DNA from: Patescibacteria group bacterium UBA6241
GTDB lineage: Bacteria; Patescibacteriota; Minisyncoccia; Phycocordibacterales; Phycocordibacteraceae
Direction of reading: 5' to 3'
DNA length: 64,000 nt
Assembly: GCA_002441425.1 (NCBI GenBank)
Contig: DJWB01000001.1
Coordinates: 105,653 to 169,652 of the forward strand
The translations under genes and the position numbers were made by a program. The notes below the pieces were generated by a model. The model was not told the DNA's origin and ran no database searches. It worked only from the letters and a program-made list of their open reading frames with translations. Every line of letters begins with the position of its first letter. The stretch's first letter is position 1. Of the stretch, positions 1 to 10,671 are shown in pieces.

Positions 1-313
1 GGTACGCTGTAGCAGAAGTGGAGCCCGGCTTCGTCTGAGCCGATGGCGAGCGTGCCGGCCTTGCCGAAGGCACAGGTGTTGTGCGTCCGGCTGAACATGG
101 GGCAGGAAGTGGCCTCCGAAGAGAACTGCCTGGCCGCTTGTCCGGGTCTCGGAGTTGGACGTGCGCCCGGGATGTTGTTGTCGGCGAAGAGCATGAACCC
201 CATCAGGAGCCACACCGCGAACCCTCCGACAAGAACTCCGAGCACGATCCACACCCAAGGGGCGTGTCCGTGATGGTGTTTGTCACCACCTTTTTTAGCA
301 TCTCCGCTCATGG
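1..313 (-). CDS. Partial hypothetical membrane protein (N-terminal part; runs off the window start); high-GC segment
   Basis: ATG is the reverse complement of CAT at 311-313. The minus-strand translation MSGDAKKGGDKHHHGHAPWVWIVLGVLVGGFAVWLLMGF... has one predicted TM helix and a His-rich N-terminus. This 300 bp is about 62% GC, against about 46% for its neighbours. Confidence 0.4.
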
Positions 314-379
314 CGAAATACCCTCACAGTTAAAAGGAACGTGAGGATATTTTATAACTTAATCAAACAAAGTCAAGTG

Positions 380-461
380 TGCTGGGAAGAGGACTTGAAC
401 CTCCACTCCCGAGGGAACCTGCTCCTAAGGCAGGCGCGTCTACCAATTTCGCCATCCCAGC
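380..461 (-). tRNA. tRNA-Leu(TAG), class II with long variable arm
   Basis: Reverse complement GCTGGGATGGCGAAATTGGTAGACGCGCCTGCCTTAGGAGCAGG...GGTTCAAGTCCTCTTCCCAGCA. Acceptor stem 7 bp, anticodon loop CTTAGGA, T-loop GGTTCAAGTCC. Confidence 0.85.
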
Positions 462-502
462 ATTATGGAAACACACGAGCCTGTGCTCGCATGAAATCCG
501 TG

Positions 503-575
503 TCCACCCACCAGGGCTCGAACCTGGGACCCACTGCTTAAGAGGCAGTTGCTCTACCAACTGAGCTATAGGTGG
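503..575 (-). tRNA. tRNA-Lys(CTT)
   Basis: Reverse complement CCACCTATAGCTCAGTTGGTAGAGCAACTGCCTCTTAAGCAGTGGGTCCCAGGTTCGAGCCCTGGTGGGTGGA. The cloverleaf folds; anticodon loop is CTCTTAA. Confidence 0.85.
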
Positions 576-613
576 AATATGCCAATACTATAAGAGAAGT
601 GCTTGGAATTCAA

Positions 614-1768
614 CTATTCCACAATGCGGAGAATGTGTGCGGGTAGATGTGCAAAGAGTACATAGGGAGTTGTGCCAATTTTCTTTGCCATACCCTTCAT
701 TGAATTGGGTGCGCTTGGGTTGTTACTTATAACAGTAACCATGTCTCCTCGCGCCACACCTCTGCAATCAGTTACATCAACTGATGCCATGTTCATAGAC
801 ACTCTACCTGCAAGAGGACACGCAGTGTCTTCAATACAAACAACACCAGTATTTGAAAGGGCACGGTCTAGACCCTCTGCATACCCAACAGGGATCGTTG
901 CAATAACGCTCGGGCGGGTTGCAGTGAACGTAGCGCCGTATCCTACAGATTCTCCGTGCTGAATAGTCCGCAGGGAAGTTATAGTAGTGCGCATAGAAAG
1001 TACTGGCAGCAAGGGAAGTTCGCTCTCAGGAGCTGTGTCGTAGCCAAATAGCCCCATACCTATGCGTACAGCATTCATGGGCGCGTGTGTGCTAAATCTC
1101 GCACCCTTGGTGGCTGAGATATGGGTGTAGGTAAGAGAGGGGAATGCACTATGGAGTTTTGATAAGCCGCGCTCCCAAATACCGAGCTGCGCTACAGAAA
1201 ACCTCGTGTCCGTATTGTCTGCGTCAGCTAAGTGCGAGCAGACTCCGTCTACATGAAGATTCTGGTTCCTTTGGAGTAGTTCAATACATTCTTCTAGATC
1301 AGTCTCCAGAATCCCGTTCCTGTGCATGCCGGTGTCCAGCTTTATATGCAAAAGACTTTCCTTGTCTGCAATTCTTGAAAGCGTACGGAGCTGTTCTAGG
1401 TCTGTAATAGCAAAGGAAACCCTGGATAGGTGATTATGTGCAATGTCTTCGGGTCGCACATATCCCATAACTACAATAGGAGAGCGAACTCCCCCTTCAC
1501 GAAGCTTTCTAGCTTCGTACAAAGAGTCTACGCAAAAGAAGGCAACGCCCTCCTTATCAAGCAGTCTTCCAATTACACAAAGCCCGTGCCCGTATGCATC
1601 GCTCTTAAGCATAGGGGCAATAGCGAGATGCGGGTATGCCTTTTTATATGTTGCAAGGTTATGCAGCAGGCGCTCCTTAGAAATGGAGATGGTTATGAGG
1701 GGTTCGTATCCGTACAGATGCGAATACACCTTAGAAAGTATTCTTCGTAGGTATCGCATGACGATCAT
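614..1768 (-). CDS. alr: Alanine racemase
   Basis: 384-aa ORF with the PLP-lysine region (AIAPMLKSDAYGHGL) and the conserved HIKLDTGMHRNGI motif; the length is typical for Alr. Confidence 0.85.
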   Translation of the reverse strand: MIVMRYLRRILSKVYSHLYGYEPLITISISKERLLHNLATYKKAYPHLAIAPMLKSDAYGHGLCVIGRLLDKEGVAFFCVDSLYEARKLREGGVRSPIVVMGYVRPEDIAHNHLSRVSFAITDLEQLRTLSRIADKESLLHIKLDTGMHRNGILETDLEECIELLQRNQNLHVDGVCSHLADADNTDTRFSVAQLGIWERGLSKLHSAFPSLTYTHISATKGARFSTHAPMNAVRIGMGLFGYDTAPESELPLLPVLSMRTTITSLRTIQHGESVGYGATFTATRPSVIATIPVGYAEGLDRALSNTGVVCIEDTACPLAGRVSMNMASVDVTDCRGVARGDMVTVISNNPSAPNSMKGMAKKIGTTPYVLFAHLPAHILRIVE

Positions 1769-1770
1769 AG

Positions 1771-1853
1771 TACCGGGGGCGGGACTCGAACCCGCACGGC
1801 ATTTCTGCCAGGGGATTTTAAGTCCCCGCTGTCTACCATTCCATCACCCCGGC
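1771..1853 (-). tRNA. tRNA-Leu(TAA), class II
   Basis: Reverse complement GCCGGGGTGATGGAATGGTAGACAGCGGGGACTTAAAATCCCC...GGTTCGAGTCCCGCCCCCGGTA. Anticodon loop is CTTAAAA and a long variable arm is present. Confidence 0.85.
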
Positions 1854-1870
1854 ATGGTTGTACGCACAGG

Positions 1871-1942
1871 AGGCCTGAGTGGGAATCGAACCCACGCATA
1901 ACGGTTTTGCAGACCGTCGTGTTACCACTTCACCATCAGGCC
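1871..1942 (-). tRNA. tRNA-Cys(GCA)
   Basis: Reverse complement GGCCTGATGGTGAAGTGGTAACACGACGGTCTGCAAAACCGTTATGCGTGGGTTCGATTCCCACTCAGGCCT. Anticodon loop is CTGCAAA. Confidence 0.85.
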
Positions 1943-1976
1943 GTATAGGGATAATACCGTGGAGGGCGTCCTGAGG

Positions 1977-2300
1977 CTACACGTCCTTTGAGATATCGTC
2001 TAGGTGCTGACGACTCTTCTCGCCCTGGTCTATTTCAAAGCGAATGAAGGGAAGTCGAGAGAAACGGGTTGTCTTCTTAAGCTCATTACGGAAAATATCC
2101 TTGTGGCGCATAAGGAAGTTAATCGCATGTCCTTCTTCAGCGTCTGGAAATACAGATACAAAAATAGTTGCGTTCTTGCGGTCCTTGGAGAAGTTCGCGC
2201 GTGTAGGGGTGATAAGGGTATCGCGGCCCGCTTCGCGAGAAATATAGCGCCCAGCGCTTTCCAAAAGTATTGATACTGCTCGTTCGTCTCGTGCGCTCAT
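1977..2300 (-). CDS. rbfA: Ribosome-binding factor A
   Basis: 107-aa ORF immediately downstream of infB on the same strand (the classic infB-rbfA order), with a KH-like RbfA sequence pattern. Confidence 0.75.
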   Translation of the reverse strand: MSARDERAVSILLESAGRYISREAGRDTLITPTRANFSKDRKNATIFVSVFPDAEEGHAINFLMRHKDIFRNELKKTTRFSRLPFIRFEIDQGEKSRQHLDDISKDV

Positions 2301-2301
2301 A

Positions 2302-3783
2302 TTATTTTGTTTCCGTCATCTTAAAGGCGATGAGCGTGTCTCCTCCAGCAGCCTCATACCGTCCCTCAATCTGCATACCAAACTCTCCTTCCATTTTAAT
2401 TTCAGATACGTCTGCACGAGCCACCTGAAGGTTTATGAGTTTTGCATTTCCCACATGAATACCACGGCGGTCTATCTTTACGGTGTCTCCTACAGAGAGA
2501 ATTCCAGAGATCCAGCGGCCTCCAAGCACCTGCTTGTTGCCTGATGTGTTAAAAGCCTTAAGCACTTTAGCTTCTCCGAGGATCTCCTCAACGGTTACGC
2601 GAGGAGCGCGTGCCGCAACAAGTCTCTCTACATGTTCCTTAAGCTCATAGATAATTGAGAAAGTACCAATTTCAATTCCTGTGCGCTCTGCGAAGTCTCT
2701 TGCAGCACTGTCTGTGCCCACATTGAAGGCAATAACAGTTCCTCCTGCAGCCTGAGCTGTTTTCATGTCATTCTCTGAAACAGCACCGATACCTTCTTGG
2801 ATGATGCGGACAACTACACGCTCGTGCGTTATCTTCGCGAGCTCATGCTTAATAGCGAGTACACTTCCTGTTACATCTGTTTTAACTATGAGGGGGAGAA
2901 CAACAACGCCATTCTCTGTAGCTTCAACCTGTGCACGGATAGGAGCCTTTCCAGTTTCAGCAGCAAGCTTCTCTGCATCCTTCTTGTTCTTTGCAACACA
3001 GAAGGGAGTTCCTGCAGGAGGGAGTTCGCTCCATCCTGAAATACGGATTGGCTGCGAAGGAGTTGCCGTATCAATACGGCCTCCCGTGAAGTCCTCAATA
3101 AAGCGTACTGGTGCTATAGCATTGCCTGCAACAGCAAATGTGCCAGTAGCAAGACTTCCGTCCTTAACAATGAGTGTTGCAGACATACCCCGCTTTGGGT
3201 CCTGAGAAGACTCAAGAACGTAGCCTGTTGCAAGCTGTGAAGCATCAGCTGAAAGCTCTGCAAGGTCTGCAGTAAGGAGTACGAGATCAAGAAGCTCTGG
3301 AACACCCTCTCCAGATTTTGAAGAAACTCCTGTGTATGAAATAGAACCTCCGAGACCCTCAAGATAAATACCGTGCTCAAGTGCGGACACCTTTGCCTTT
3401 TCAACATCTGCTCCAGCCTTGTCTATCTTGGTGAAGGCAACAACAAACGGAGTACCAGCTTCAGTAATCGCCTCAAACGCCTCAAGCGTCTGTGGCTTCA
3501 CGCCTTCTTCAGCCGCAATAACAAGAATCGCAATATCAGCAGCCTGTGCACCGCGTGCACGAAGTGCTCTGAATGCCTCGTGTCCTGGAGTGTCTAGAAA
3601 GGTGATACGACGGGTCTCTCCCTCGTATTCATGTGCTGCTTCGTACGCAGATACGTGTTGCGTAATACCTCCCGCTTCGTCAGCAGTGACATTGGTTTTG
3701 CGGATATAATCAAGCAGGGAAGACTTTCCATGGTCGATGTGGCCCATAACGGCCACGATTGGTGGTCGGGTAGTTCGCTCCAT
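2302..3783 (-). CDS. infB: Translation initiation factor IF-2 (short form: G domain plus C-terminal domains, lacking the long N-terminal region)
   Basis: G1 motif [28 protein letters not shown]; ends with the IF-2 C-terminal beta-barrel. Only 493 aa. Confidence 0.9.
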   Translation of the reverse strand: MERTTRPPIVAVMGHIDHGKSSLLDYIRKTNVTADEAGGITQHVSAYEAAHEYEGETRRITFLDTPGHEAFRALRARGAQAADIAILVIAAEEGVKPQTLEAFEAITEAGTPFVVAFTKIDKAGADVEKAKVSALEHGIYLEGLGGSISYTGVSSKSGEGVPELLDLVLLTADLAELSADASQLATGYVLESSQDPKRGMSATLIVKDGSLATGTFAVAGNAIAPVRFIEDFTGGRIDTATPSQPIRISGWSELPPAGTPFCVAKNKKDAEKLAAETGKAPIRAQVEATENGVVVLPLIVKTDVTGSVLAIKHELAKITHERVVVRIIQEGIGAVSENDMKTAQAAGGTVIAFNVGTDSAARDFAERTGIEIGTFSIIYELKEHVERLVAARAPRVTVEEILGEAKVLKAFNTSGNKQVLGGRWISGILSVGDTVKIDRRGIHVGNAKLINLQVARADVSEIKMEGEFGMQIEGRYEAAGGDTLIAFKMTETK

Positions 3784-3843
3784 AACTGGCCTCAGTAGAC
3801 CATTTTACTTGCATAAATGCAATGAAGACTGCACGCTGTACCT

Positions 3844-5004
3844 ATGTTTTCTAAAAGACGCACCTATTTAGACTGGGCAGCTAGTGCTCCCGTCTTGCCA
3901 GATGCACTCCGTGCGTTTAACGCAGCAGTGGTGCTTCCAGGCAATCCCTCTTCTCCTCATGAAGAGGGTCTCAAGGCGCATGAACTTCTGGAAGATGCAC
4001 GCACTCGCATCGCACGGCTCGCCTCAGTTAAAAGCACTGCCGTTATCTTTACGGCTGGTGCTACAGAGGCAAACGCTATTGCCATAGGAGGGTTTGTAGA
4101 GAAAAAGATTCAAGAAGGAGCAGATCCTTCTTCCTTGCACGTGTTGTATTTGCCAACAGCACACGCTTCAACGAGAGGCGCAATTGAATTGCTTCGCGTT
4201 CGCGGAGTTATGTGTGAGGCACTGCCCGTACAAGACTTCGCTCTAGATTTGAACGCAACTAAGAAACTCCTTAAGCCAGAGACAGTACTTATTGCAGTTG
4301 AGCTCGTGTGTGGAGAGACCGGAGTGCGGTTTCCGGTGCGCGATCTGAAGCGTCTCATTGATGCAGCAGGATTAAAGACGCAACTACATGTAGACGCAAG
4401 CCAAGCACCCTTGGAGGAATCAATAGAGCTAACTCGTCTGGGAGCGGACACGCTATCTCTAGACGCACAGAAAGTAGGGGGTGTTCGGGGTATTGGTGTA
4501 CTTATTGCTCCAAAGCTTTCTTCCCTTTCTCCGCTTATCCGAGGAGGAGGGCAGGAGCAGGGACTTCGTCCGGGAACTGAGTCCCCTGCGCTTGCGAGTA
4601 GTTTTGCAACAGCACTGGAAGCGTGCAACTGGAAAGAATTTTCAGAGCAGGCAACAAAGCAACGGAAGAATCTTCTTGCACTTATCTCTGCAGGTATTCC
4701 TGATGTTGTTGCTAACGAAGGAAAGGAAAATGCAGCACACATACTAAACATCTCTCTTCCTGGAGAAGATACTGATTATCTTGTTGCACTTATGAACGAA
4801 GCGGGGATTGCGCTCTCAACAAAGAGCGCGTGCGAGACAGACGAATTGGGATCACGTGTTGTTGAGACTTTTACGAAAGATAGTGCAAGAGCACTCGCAA
4901 CACTCCGTATTTCATGGGGCCCCACAACTAAAGAGAGCGAGCTACAGCGGTGCGCGAAGGAGCTTATTCGCGCAGTTAGATTCGTACGGGGGAACGGGGT
5001 ATAA
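3844..5004 (+). CDS. Class V aminotransferase / cysteine desulfurase-like protein
   Basis: 386-aa ORF with an IscS/NifS-like fold-type I pattern (WAASAPVLP... and a C-terminal ACETDE-like region). Confidence 0.65.
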   Translation: MFSKRRTYLDWAASAPVLPDALRAFNAAVVLPGNPSSPHEEGLKAHELLEDARTRIARLASVKSTAVIFTAGATEANAIAIGGFVEKKIQEGADPSSLHVLYLPTAHASTRGAIELLRVRGVMCEALPVQDFALDLNATKKLLKPETVLIAVELVCGETGVRFPVRDLKRLIDAAGLKTQLHVDASQAPLEESIELTRLGADTLSLDAQKVGGVRGIGVLIAPKLSSLSPLIRGGGQEQGLRPGTESPALASSFATALEACNWKEFSEQATKQRKNLLALISAGIPDVVANEGKENAAHILNISLPGEDTDYLVALMNEAGIALSTKSACETDELGSRVVETFTKDSARALATLRISWGPTTKESELQRCAKELIRAVRFVRGNGV

Positions 5005-5013
5005 TTTTCGTAT

Positions 5014-5760
5014 ATGAATATAGAGGATCTCTCAAAAACACAGCTGCTCCTACTTACCATTCTCGTTAACTTCATAACTGCTATTGCAACAGCAGTTATG
5101 ACGGTGTCCCTTTTGGACCAGGCACCTCCGACAGTTACGCAGACGGTTAACCGTATTGTTGAGAGAACGGTTGAGCAAGCAACTCAGGCGGCGCCTCTTC
5201 CGGGAATCGTAACTAAGGAGACTACAGTTGTTATTAAGAACGAGGATCTCCTTTCTGCAGCTATTGGAGCTGATGCAGCCCGCACGGTGTTGATCCGCAA
5301 AGGAGCAACCTCAACTCCTGTGCTTGCAGTTGGAACGTTCCTTCCGAAGTCACGCGCTGTTGTAACGGCAACCGTCGCAGGACTTCCTAAGGAAGCAACC
5401 ATCTCATTCCCAGACGGAACAAGTGTAGAAGCATCGCTCTCAAAGCCGGGAGCCACGCTAACCGTATACGGATTCTCTGATACTGAGGTTCTCCCAAATG
5501 CACCTGTGCCAGATCTCATTGCTGCAGCAGATCTTAAGCAAGGACAGACACTTATCTCTCTTACTCGCGACAACAGCGCAATAACCGGCATCATCTCTAA
5601 GGTAGACGCAGAGGGAATTCACTCAAATGTAACGGGAGTTCCTGCAGGAGCTGCAGCAGTTAACATCTCAGGAGACATTATCGGTATCGCAACCAGTGTT
5701 CCTGGACTCTTTGCACCAGCAGACAAGATCTCTATCTTGCTCACCTCAGAAGATCTGTAA
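5014..5760 (+). CDS. Hypothetical membrane-anchored protein
   Basis: 248-aa ORF with an N-terminal TM helix (LLLLTILVNFITAIATAVMTVSLL); the rest is Thr/Ala/Val-rich. Confidence 0.5.
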   Translation: MNIEDLSKTQLLLLTILVNFITAIATAVMTVSLLDQAPPTVTQTVNRIVERTVEQATQAAPLPGIVTKETTVVIKNEDLLSAAIGADAARTVLIRKGATSTPVLAVGTFLPKSRAVVTATVAGLPKEATISFPDGTSVEASLSKPGATLTVYGFSDTEVLPNAPVPDLIAAADLKQGQTLISLTRDNSAITGIISKVDAEGIHSNVTGVPAGAAAVNISGDIIGIATSVPGLFAPADKISILLTSEDL

Positions 5761-5806
5761 TAAGATCCTCATCTGATCGTCATTATTAGTATCCTATACA
5801 GCACCT

Positions 5807-8482
5807 ATGCCACCATTCAAGAACTTCACCACCAAAGCAAAGGAAGCAATAAAGAAAGCACATGAGCTGGCTATTGAGCGTGGGCAAAACCATGTGAGTC
5901 CACTGCACCTGCTTACGGCACTCATACATCAGGAGGAGAGCCTCGTGTTCTCTGTGCTTGATCGCTTGGATATAGATACGATTCTGCTTGCAGATACGTT
6001 GCTTGAAGCGCTAGAAATGCCTGAGCCCTCTGCAACCCTTTCTCCTTCATACAATCTGTACCTCACTCCAGACTTGGCTCAAGCAATTGAAGCAGCTGCC
6101 AAGGTTGCTGCACGCATGAATGATTCATTTATTGGAACAGAGCACCTCTTTGTTGCAGTACTTGAGCATCCGGGATCTTCAGCTGACTTGCTTTCTCGTT
6201 TTCGCATTGATGCGGAGGTTGTGCTCGCTACGCTTAAAGAACTTAAGAATGCAAAGGATGGAGAAGTACAGGAGCCTAAGAAGTTCCGCGCACTTGCAAA
6301 GTACACGCGCAATCTTACGAAGCTCGCTTCAGACAATGCACTTGATCCAGTTATTGGAAGAGACCAAGAGATTAGCCGCGTTATTCAGATACTCTCTCGC
6401 CGCACCAAGAACAATCCAGTACTTATTGGAGAGCCCGGAACTGGAAAGACCACTATTGCAGAGGGCCTTGCGTGCCGCATTGCTGCCGGAGAAGTGCCGG
6501 AGTCTCTGAAGGGCAAGGAACTCCTCTCTCTTGATCTTGGTCTCATGATTGCAGGCACGAAGTATCGTGGAGAATTTGAGGAGCGTATGAAGGGCGTTAT
6601 GAAAGAAGTAGAGAAGTCTGACGGAAGAGTCATTCTCTTTGTAGACGAGCTGCATACCATCGTAGGAGCGGGAGCTGCTGAGGGTGCTATGGATGCAAGC
6701 AATATGCTGAAGCCAGCTCTGGCTCGTGGAGAGATTCGTATGATTGGTGCGACAACCATCAAGGAGTACCAGCAGCATATTGAGAAGGACGGTGCACTCA
6801 CCCGCCGCTTCCAGCCAGTATTTGTTGAAGAGCCTTCTATTGAAGACGCTGTTGCCATTTTGCGCGGGTTGCGTGACAAGTACGAGCTCTTCCATGGGGT
6901 GCGTATCACAGACGGGGCAGTTGTCTCTGCTGTTGAATTGTCTTCGCGCTACATAACGGATCGCTATCTTCCAGACAAAGCAGTTGATCTTATTGATGAG
7001 GCTGCATCAGGACTACGCATCGCGCTTGAGAACAAGCCGCCGCAGCTTGAAGAGGCAGATCGCAAGATCCGCCGTCTGGAGATTGAAAAGGAGGCGCTAA
7101 AGAAAGATGAGGAGACAGGACACGCCAAAGATGTGCGAGACCGCCTCAAGGCAATTGATTCAGAAATTGCAGACCTTAAGGAGAAGACTTCTGAACTAGA
7201 ACTTAAGTGGAAGAACGAGAAGGAGGTTCTTGAAGCTATCCGCAAGATTAAGAGCGAGCTAGACAAACTGCGCATGCAGGCTGATAGCGCAGAGGCTATG
7301 GCAGACCTCGGAACTGCTGCAGAGATTAGGTACGGACGTATCCCTGTCCTTGAGAAGGATTTGGAAGCTAAGTCTAAGCGCCTCAAGACACTTCAGAAAT
7401 CTCGTCGCATTCTGCACGAGGAAGTAACTGAGCAAGAGATTGCAGGTGTGGTTGCGCGCTGGACGGGCATCCCTGTATCTAAGATGTTGGAAGAGGAAGC
7501 TGCAAAGCTCTCACGTATGGAAGAAGCACTCAAGGGAGCAGTTATTGGGCAAGACAATGCCGTTAAGATTATCTCTGACGCGGTGAAGCGCTCCCGTGTG
7601 GGTATTTCTGATCCACATCGTCCTATTGGCTCATTCCTCTTCCTCGGACCGACTGGAGTTGGAAAGACAGAGCTCTCACGCAAGCTTGCTGAGTTTATGT
7701 TTAACGACAAGGACTCACTCGTGCGTGTTGATATGAGTGAGTTTATGGAGAAGCACTCTATAGCAAAGCTTATTGGAGCGCCTCCAGGATATGTGGGATA
7801 CGAGGAGGCTGGATCACTCACTGAGCGTATTCGTCATCGCCCGTATGCCGTTATTCTCTTTGACGAGATTGAGAAAGCACACCCAGAAGTGTTCAACATC
7901 CTTCTGCAGGTTCTTGATTCAGGACACCTTACTGATGGAAAGGGACGCAAGGTTAACTTCAAGAACACCATCATTGTGCTCACCTCAAACATTGGTGCTG
8001 AGTACATTGATCGCATGGCGAACATTGGATTCAACATTGATGGAGCTGATGATATTGCGCAGTACGCACAGGTTAAGGAGAAGGTTATGGGCGCTCTCAA
8101 GGACCACTTCCGTCCTGAGTTCCTCAACCGTCTTGATGACATTGTGATGTTTGATGTTCTTGGCAAAGACACGCTTGCCCAGATCATTGAGAATCAAGTG
8201 GCTGAGATTGTGGAGCGCCTTTCAACAAAGCGCATCACGCTTAAGATCGCTCCTGAGGTGCGCGCCTGGCTTGCCGAGAAGGGATATAACCCACAATACG
8301 GTGCACGTCCCCTGAAGCGCGCTATTCAGGACCACATTCTTACCCCTATCGCCACGCTTATGGTTGGCAAGGGCATTATGGAGGGTGGAGCAGTCTCTGT
8401 GACGCTTAAGAATGGGGAGCCTTCCTTTGAGGTAGCTAAAGCCCCGAAGCGGGCTAAGGCCAAAGCTAAGGCCGTTGCATAG
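5807..8482 (+). CDS. clpB: ATP-dependent chaperone ClpB
   Basis: 891 aa with two AAA+ modules (GEPGTGKT; [11 protein letters not shown]), a middle coiled-coil, the Clp N-domain and the sensor-2 region GARPLKR. Confidence 0.92.
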   Translation: MPPFKNFTTKAKEAIKKAHELAIERGQNHVSPLHLLTALIHQEESLVFSVLDRLDIDTILLADTLLEALEMPEPSATLSPSYNLYLTPDLAQAIEAAAKVAARMNDSFIGTEHLFVAVLEHPGSSADLLSRFRIDAEVVLATLKELKNAKDGEVQEPKKFRALAKYTRNLTKLASDNALDPVIGRDQEISRVIQILSRRTKNNPVLIGEPGTGKTTIAEGLACRIAAGEVPESLKGKELLSLDLGLMIAGTKYRGEFEERMKGVMKEVEKSDGRVILFVDELHTIVGAGAAEGAMDASNMLKPALARGEIRMIGATTIKEYQQHIEKDGALTRRFQPVFVEEPSIEDAVAILRGLRDKYELFHGVRITDGAVVSAVELSSRYITDRYLPDKAVDLIDEAASGLRIALENKPPQLEEADRKIRRLEIEKEALKKDEETGHAKDVRDRLKAIDSEIADLKEKTSELELKWKNEKEVLEAIRKIKSELDKLRMQADSAEAMADLGTAAEIRYGRIPVLEKDLEAKSKRLKTLQKSRRILHEEVTEQEIAGVVARWTGIPVSKMLEEEAAKLSRMEEALKGAVIGQDNAVKIISDAVKRSRVGISDPHRPIGSFLFLGPTGVGKTELSRKLAEFMFNDKDSLVRVDMSEFMEKHSIAKLIGAPPGYVGYEEAGSLTERIRHRPYAVILFDEIEKAHPEVFNILLQVLDSGHLTDGKGRKVNFKNTIIVLTSNIGAEYIDRMANIGFNIDGADDIAQYAQVKEKVMGALKDHFRPEFLNRLDDIVMFDVLGKDTLAQIIENQVAEIVERLSTKRITLKIAPEVRAWLAEKGYNPQYGARPLKRAIQDHILTPIATLMVGKGIMEGGAVSVTLKNGEPSFEVAKAPKRAKAKAKAVA

Positions 8483-8669
8483 CAGGACGTCTACTGCTAT
8501 AGTCCTCCTATCTATGTCACAGGATCGCCTCATCATATTGCGCTCAGCGTCAGGACACGTCCGTCGCTCTCGCAAGAACAAGAAGAAAGTAGAGCGCAAG
8601 ATTGAACTTAAGAAGTTTGATCCAAACACTCGCACCCGCGAAATCTACAAGGAAGTTAAGAAATAAAGA

Positions 8670-8694
8670 AAGCCGCCCGTGAGGGCGGTTTTTC
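8670..8694 (+). terminator. Rho-independent terminator after clpB
   Basis: AAGCCGCCCGTGAGGGCGGTTTTTC: a GC-rich hairpin followed by a T-run. Confidence 0.7.
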
Positions 8695-8726
8695 TAATGA
8701 ACAGCACCCATCAGTGACGGGTGCTG

Positions 8727-8930
8727 TTAGCGGGAGAGCTTCTTGATGCTCAGAATCTTTACGCCGCCGTGCATCATGGTTGAGATGCCGAGTTTGCTGC
8801 AGGCTTCAAGTCGAGCCTTTCTCTTGGCAGCAGGCTCGTCCTCGGCATAGACCTCAACGGTACATTTATCTCCGTGTTCCAACATAAACACGTTACCGAA
8901 CTGGCAGCTAACTTCCCAACGAGAAGTCAT
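8727..8930 (-). CDS. Hypothetical small protein (67 aa)
   Basis: ORF followed (on the minus strand) by a hairpin at 8700-8722. No recognisable motif. Confidence 0.35.
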   Translation of the reverse strand: MTSRWEVSCQFGNVFMLEHGDKCTVEVYAEDEPAAKRKARLEACSKLGISTMMHGGVKILSIKKLSR

Positions 8931-9050
8931 AGTCTCCTCCCAGGTGTTCTAAAGGTGCAGATGCACCCTACATTATTTAGGATTGTTTGTCAGCGACTTT
9001 GTGAGCTGGACACACAGTTAGACTTAATTAAGGAACTATTTTGAAGGCGG

Positions 9051-9080
9051 TTGACAGCTGTATAGCATATCCGCTATACT
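9051..9080 (+). promoter_or_regulatory. Sigma-70-like promoter for the toxin-antitoxin operon
   Basis: TTGACA at 9051-9056, an 18-nt spacer, and TATACT at 9075-9080. The first ATG of the downstream ORF is at 9087, so the transcript is probably leaderless. Confidence 0.55.
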
Positions 9081-9086
9081 TTGCTT

Positions 9087-9509
9087 ATGGGTGATTTATC
9101 CGATAGTTCCTTAGGCACAACGCTTCCCGATCTGTGGACCGTAGACTTTGCGTCTGGTCCTGATGGTATTTGTTATGCAGATAAGGAGTTTTTGGATGGT
9201 CTTCACTCACAGGATCACGTTACTTTTGAAAGAGTTTTTGACCGAATAAACAGGGTGACAGCGTGGGATATTGACTCAGTCTTCCGTTCACACTATTTAA
9301 AGCCAATTGATAATGGCCTTGTAGAACTTAGGCTGAGTGTTGGGAGTGAGGTACGGTTCCTGGGCTTTGTATCTTATGATGCTCCATCACCAATCCTCTA
9401 TATTGTTTGTGGCTTCCGAAAGAAGTCGCAAGCCATTCCTGACCGGCACATACGTCACGCACTGGAACGAAAACAATTGATTGAAAGTATTCGCGGCCCT
9501 ACTAAATAA
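9087..9509 (+). CDS. Type II toxin, HigB / Gp49-like (RelE/ParE superfamily)
   Basis: C-terminal region VELRLSVGSEVRFLGFV...ILYIVCGFRKKSQAIPDRHIRHALERKQ matches the Gp49/HigB killer-protein pattern (YELRI..G.RV.F.....IVLL.GF.K..Q..P..EI..A..R). Confidence 0.7.
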   Translation: MGDLSDSSLGTTLPDLWTVDFASGPDGICYADKEFLDGLHSQDHVTFERVFDRINRVTAWDIDSVFRSHYLKPIDNGLVELRLSVGSEVRFLGFVSYDAPSPILYIVCGFRKKSQAIPDRHIRHALERKQLIESIRGPTK

Positions 9510-9512
9510 CTT

Positions 9513-9965
9513 ATGGACTACAAAGACTACCTTCGGAAAAAAAAGATTAGCTTACCAAAATCAGACCTTTCGTTTGAGCTTAGCAGCCTTATTACCGAAG
9601 CACGTCTTTACGCGGGCCTTTCTCAGGCTGAACTTGCGAAAAAGATGGGGACTACACAGTCCAGTATTGCTAGAGCAGAAGGGGGAGAGATGCATCCAAG
9701 CATTGAATTTCTTGATCGGGTTGCAAAAGCAGTTGGCACTCATCTTGTTTACCCCAAGTTTGGTTTTATGATTGAACGAGAACAGAGAGGTACCCAGAAT
9801 ATGTTTGCTGAAGTTAGAAACAGCAGAATTTTCTCAAAACCCAGTATGAACTTGTGTGCAATTGTTGCGCCTCAACCAAGCTCAGCTGTAAAGTTTACTG
9901 CCTATGTTACGTCTACAGCATCAAAAAATCCGTCAGAATGCCTATTACTAGCAACCCAAAGATAA
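9513..9965 (+). CDS. XRE-family HTH antitoxin (HigA-like)
   Basis: HTH motif LSQAELAKKMGTTQSSIARAEGG; it lies 4 nt downstream of the toxin ORF, the usual HigB-HigA order. Confidence 0.7.
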   Translation: MDYKDYLRKKKISLPKSDLSFELSSLITEARLYAGLSQAELAKKMGTTQSSIARAEGGEMHPSIEFLDRVAKAVGTHLVYPKFGFMIEREQRGTQNMFAEVRNSRIFSKPSMNLCAIVAPQPSSAVKFTAYVTSTASKNPSECLLLATQR

Positions 9966-9977
9966 TTTATGTAATTT

Positions 9978-10466
9978 ATGAAAAAGGAAAACCTCGGAGT
10001 TAGAGTAAATTGGGCAATGCTTTGTGAGAATGCATCTGTTGACCAGAATACAAACACAGTAAGTCTTTTTAACGTTCTAGAAGAGCTCACCTTGAGCCAG
10101 GGGCCACTTTCAGTGGATGATGTAAAAGCAGGCGGGGAGCTTATGGACTTCCCCGAAAAAACACAAGTAAACTCAAAACATGTCTTGGTTGTGCAAGTAG
10201 AAAGAGAGACAGGTGCAAACAAAGATTCAAAGATCCAGATGCAACTAGAGGTTGCTGATCCTAGTGGAGAGGTGTTGCTAAAAAACGAATTTCCAATACT
10301 TTTTGGGGTCAGTGATGTTAGTAGGACAAGAGCTATCATTAGCTTTGACGGTATGCTTGTCACCAAGTCTGGTAAATATACCTATACAATTTCTACTAAG
10401 TCAGTAGGAGCTAAGATTTATACAAAGCAATATTCAGTGATCTTGGATGTAAAGATTAGAAAGTAG
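9978..10466 (+). CDS. Hypothetical protein (162 aa)
   Basis: ORF directly after the toxin-antitoxin pair; no recognisable motif. Confidence 0.4.
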   Translation: MKKENLGVRVNWAMLCENASVDQNTNTVSLFNVLEELTLSQGPLSVDDVKAGGELMDFPEKTQVNSKHVLVVQVERETGANKDSKIQMQLEVADPSGEVLLKNEFPILFGVSDVSRTRAIISFDGMLVTKSGKYTYTISTKSVGAKIYTKQYSVILDVKIRK

Positions 10467-10524
10467 AAGAACCTACTTGCTGTCATCTGAAAGTCTTGAT
10501 GATCCAGATAGCGATTGTTTTATG

Positions 10525-10595
10525 CGGGCCCACGAGGAATCGAACCTCGACCGACGGTTTTGGAGACCGACGTTCTACCATTAAACTATAGGCCC
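10525..10595 (-). tRNA. tRNA-Gly(TCC)
   Basis: Reverse complement GGGCCTATAGTTTAATGGTAGAACGTCGGTCTCCAAAACCGTCGGTCGAGGTTCGATTCCTCGTGGGCCCG. Anticodon loop is TCTCCAA. Confidence 0.85.
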
Positions 10596-10671
10596 TTCGT
10601 TTGACACGATACCAGACTATAGGGTGTGGGAAAAGAAGCAGGAGGTACAACCCTTACGCTACAATGTTTCT

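Noticed and set aside
6079-8187. Multiple 85-188-aa ORFs on both strands inside clpB
   Set aside because: They are fully nested within the well-supported 891-aa ClpB frame and have no independent signals, so they are shadow ORFs.
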